7,470 nucleotides of DNA from Amoebophrya sp. A120. Lineage: Eukaryota; Protista; Dinoflagellata. Within the stretch, counting starts at the first letter, position 1. Each line of letters begins with the position of its first letter. The notes under the pieces are model-generated. The model had not been told where the DNA came from. It did not search any database and was given only the letters and a program-made list of their open reading frames with translations. Below, one piece after another: positions 7,152 through 7,470 of this stretch. Location: positions 1 to 7,470 of the forward strand of contig CAJINV010000101.1 of assembly GCA_905178155.1 (NCBI GenBank), given 5' to 3'. The position numbers and the translations under genes are program-made.

Positions 7152-7405
7152 TATCAAATGCAAATATGTCTGGTTCTGGAAGGGTGTAAGTTGTAATGCT
7201 GCATTTGGATTCCAAAAAAAATCTGTGTTGCAGGAATAGCAAAAGGGGTGCGTTTTTTGCCACGCGGAGGGAGTATTTCTCATGCAGTATGGGCATCAGA
7301 AAGCCGTCACAATATCTGTGACGCTAGGGCATGCATCACAGACATCGCCGGTGATACAAAATGTGCATGACAAACTTCCAGACCCAGACATATTTGCACT
7401 TGATA
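7152..7405. mobile_element. Family A TIR element, 254 nt, apparently hybrid (closes the circle; orientation R)
   Basis: Normal TIRs, but the flanks ACCTT (7147-7151) and CACAA (7406-7410) do not match and the junction is out of frame. Confidence 0.85.
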
Positions 7406-7470
7406 CACAACGTCTCTCTGCAAGACTTGGTGAAACTTCTCTCCATCGCGTACTTCCCGTACGAGAGCGA
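7376..7470 (+). repeat. Exact 95-nt terminal direct repeat of 1-95 (circular or tandem contig overlap; unit 7375 bp)
   Basis: TTCCAGACCC...GTACGAGAGCGA is identical at both ends of the window. Confidence 0.95.

Noticed and set aside
398-7296. Many short ORFs sharing peptides such as CKYVWVW, MQICLGLET, FQTQTYLHL, PDIFAFD and KNVPTP
   Set aside because: They are translations of the TIRs in different frames and strands, not a protein repeat family or a transposase.
1-7405. Recurrent TTCCAGACCCAGACATATTTGCA as a CRISPR repeat
   Set aside because: Copies occur as inverted pairs about 250 nt apart, spacing is irregular, the intervening DNA is exon sequence, and no cas gene is present.
384-7405. 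Group I/II self-splicing introns or tRNA/rRNA genes
   Set aside because: No GUGYG..AY ends, domain V or group I core was recognised, the elements occur in both orientations, and no structural RNA gene was seen.
7149-7432. C-terminus formed by joining exon 16 to 7406 with one TA kept (YLYTTSLCKTW-stop)
   Set aside because: It breaks the 5-nt rule followed at the other 14 junctions, and it would reuse exon 1 sequence in a different frame.
1-7470. Plasmid, virus or autonomous circular replicon
   Set aside because: No rep, capsid, integrase or origin-like region; the unit is an internal gene fragment without start or stop.

Overview
Eukaryotic (protist-like) genomic DNA occupied entirely by one + strand gene for an OvoA-type 5-histidylcysteine sulfoxide synthase (ovothiol biosynthesis: DinB-like Fe-binding domain, FGE-sulfatase-like domain, divergent C-terminal SAM methyltransferase). 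The gene is split into 16 visible exons (3117 nt, 1039 codons, no start or stop in the window). Only one intron (4309-4657) looks like a GT-AG intron. The other intervening sequences are 172-321 nt MITE-like elements of about five families. They start TAT(C), usually end (G)ATA, carry terminal inverted repeats (TIRs), and sit between 5-nt direct repeats (DRs). Removing the element plus one DR copy restores the frame at all 14 internal junctions, and no GT-AG register exists. Related elements occur in both orientations. This resembles the non-canonical IR/DR introners reported in Amoebophrya (Syndiniales), but the host is inferred, not shown. The last 95 nt repeat the first 95 nt, so the contig is a 7375-bp circle or tandem unit. 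It closes through a 15th element (7152-7405) whose flanks do not match and whose junction is out of frame, which indicates a hybrid of two different introner copies. Most ORFs in the supplied track are artefacts of these repeats.
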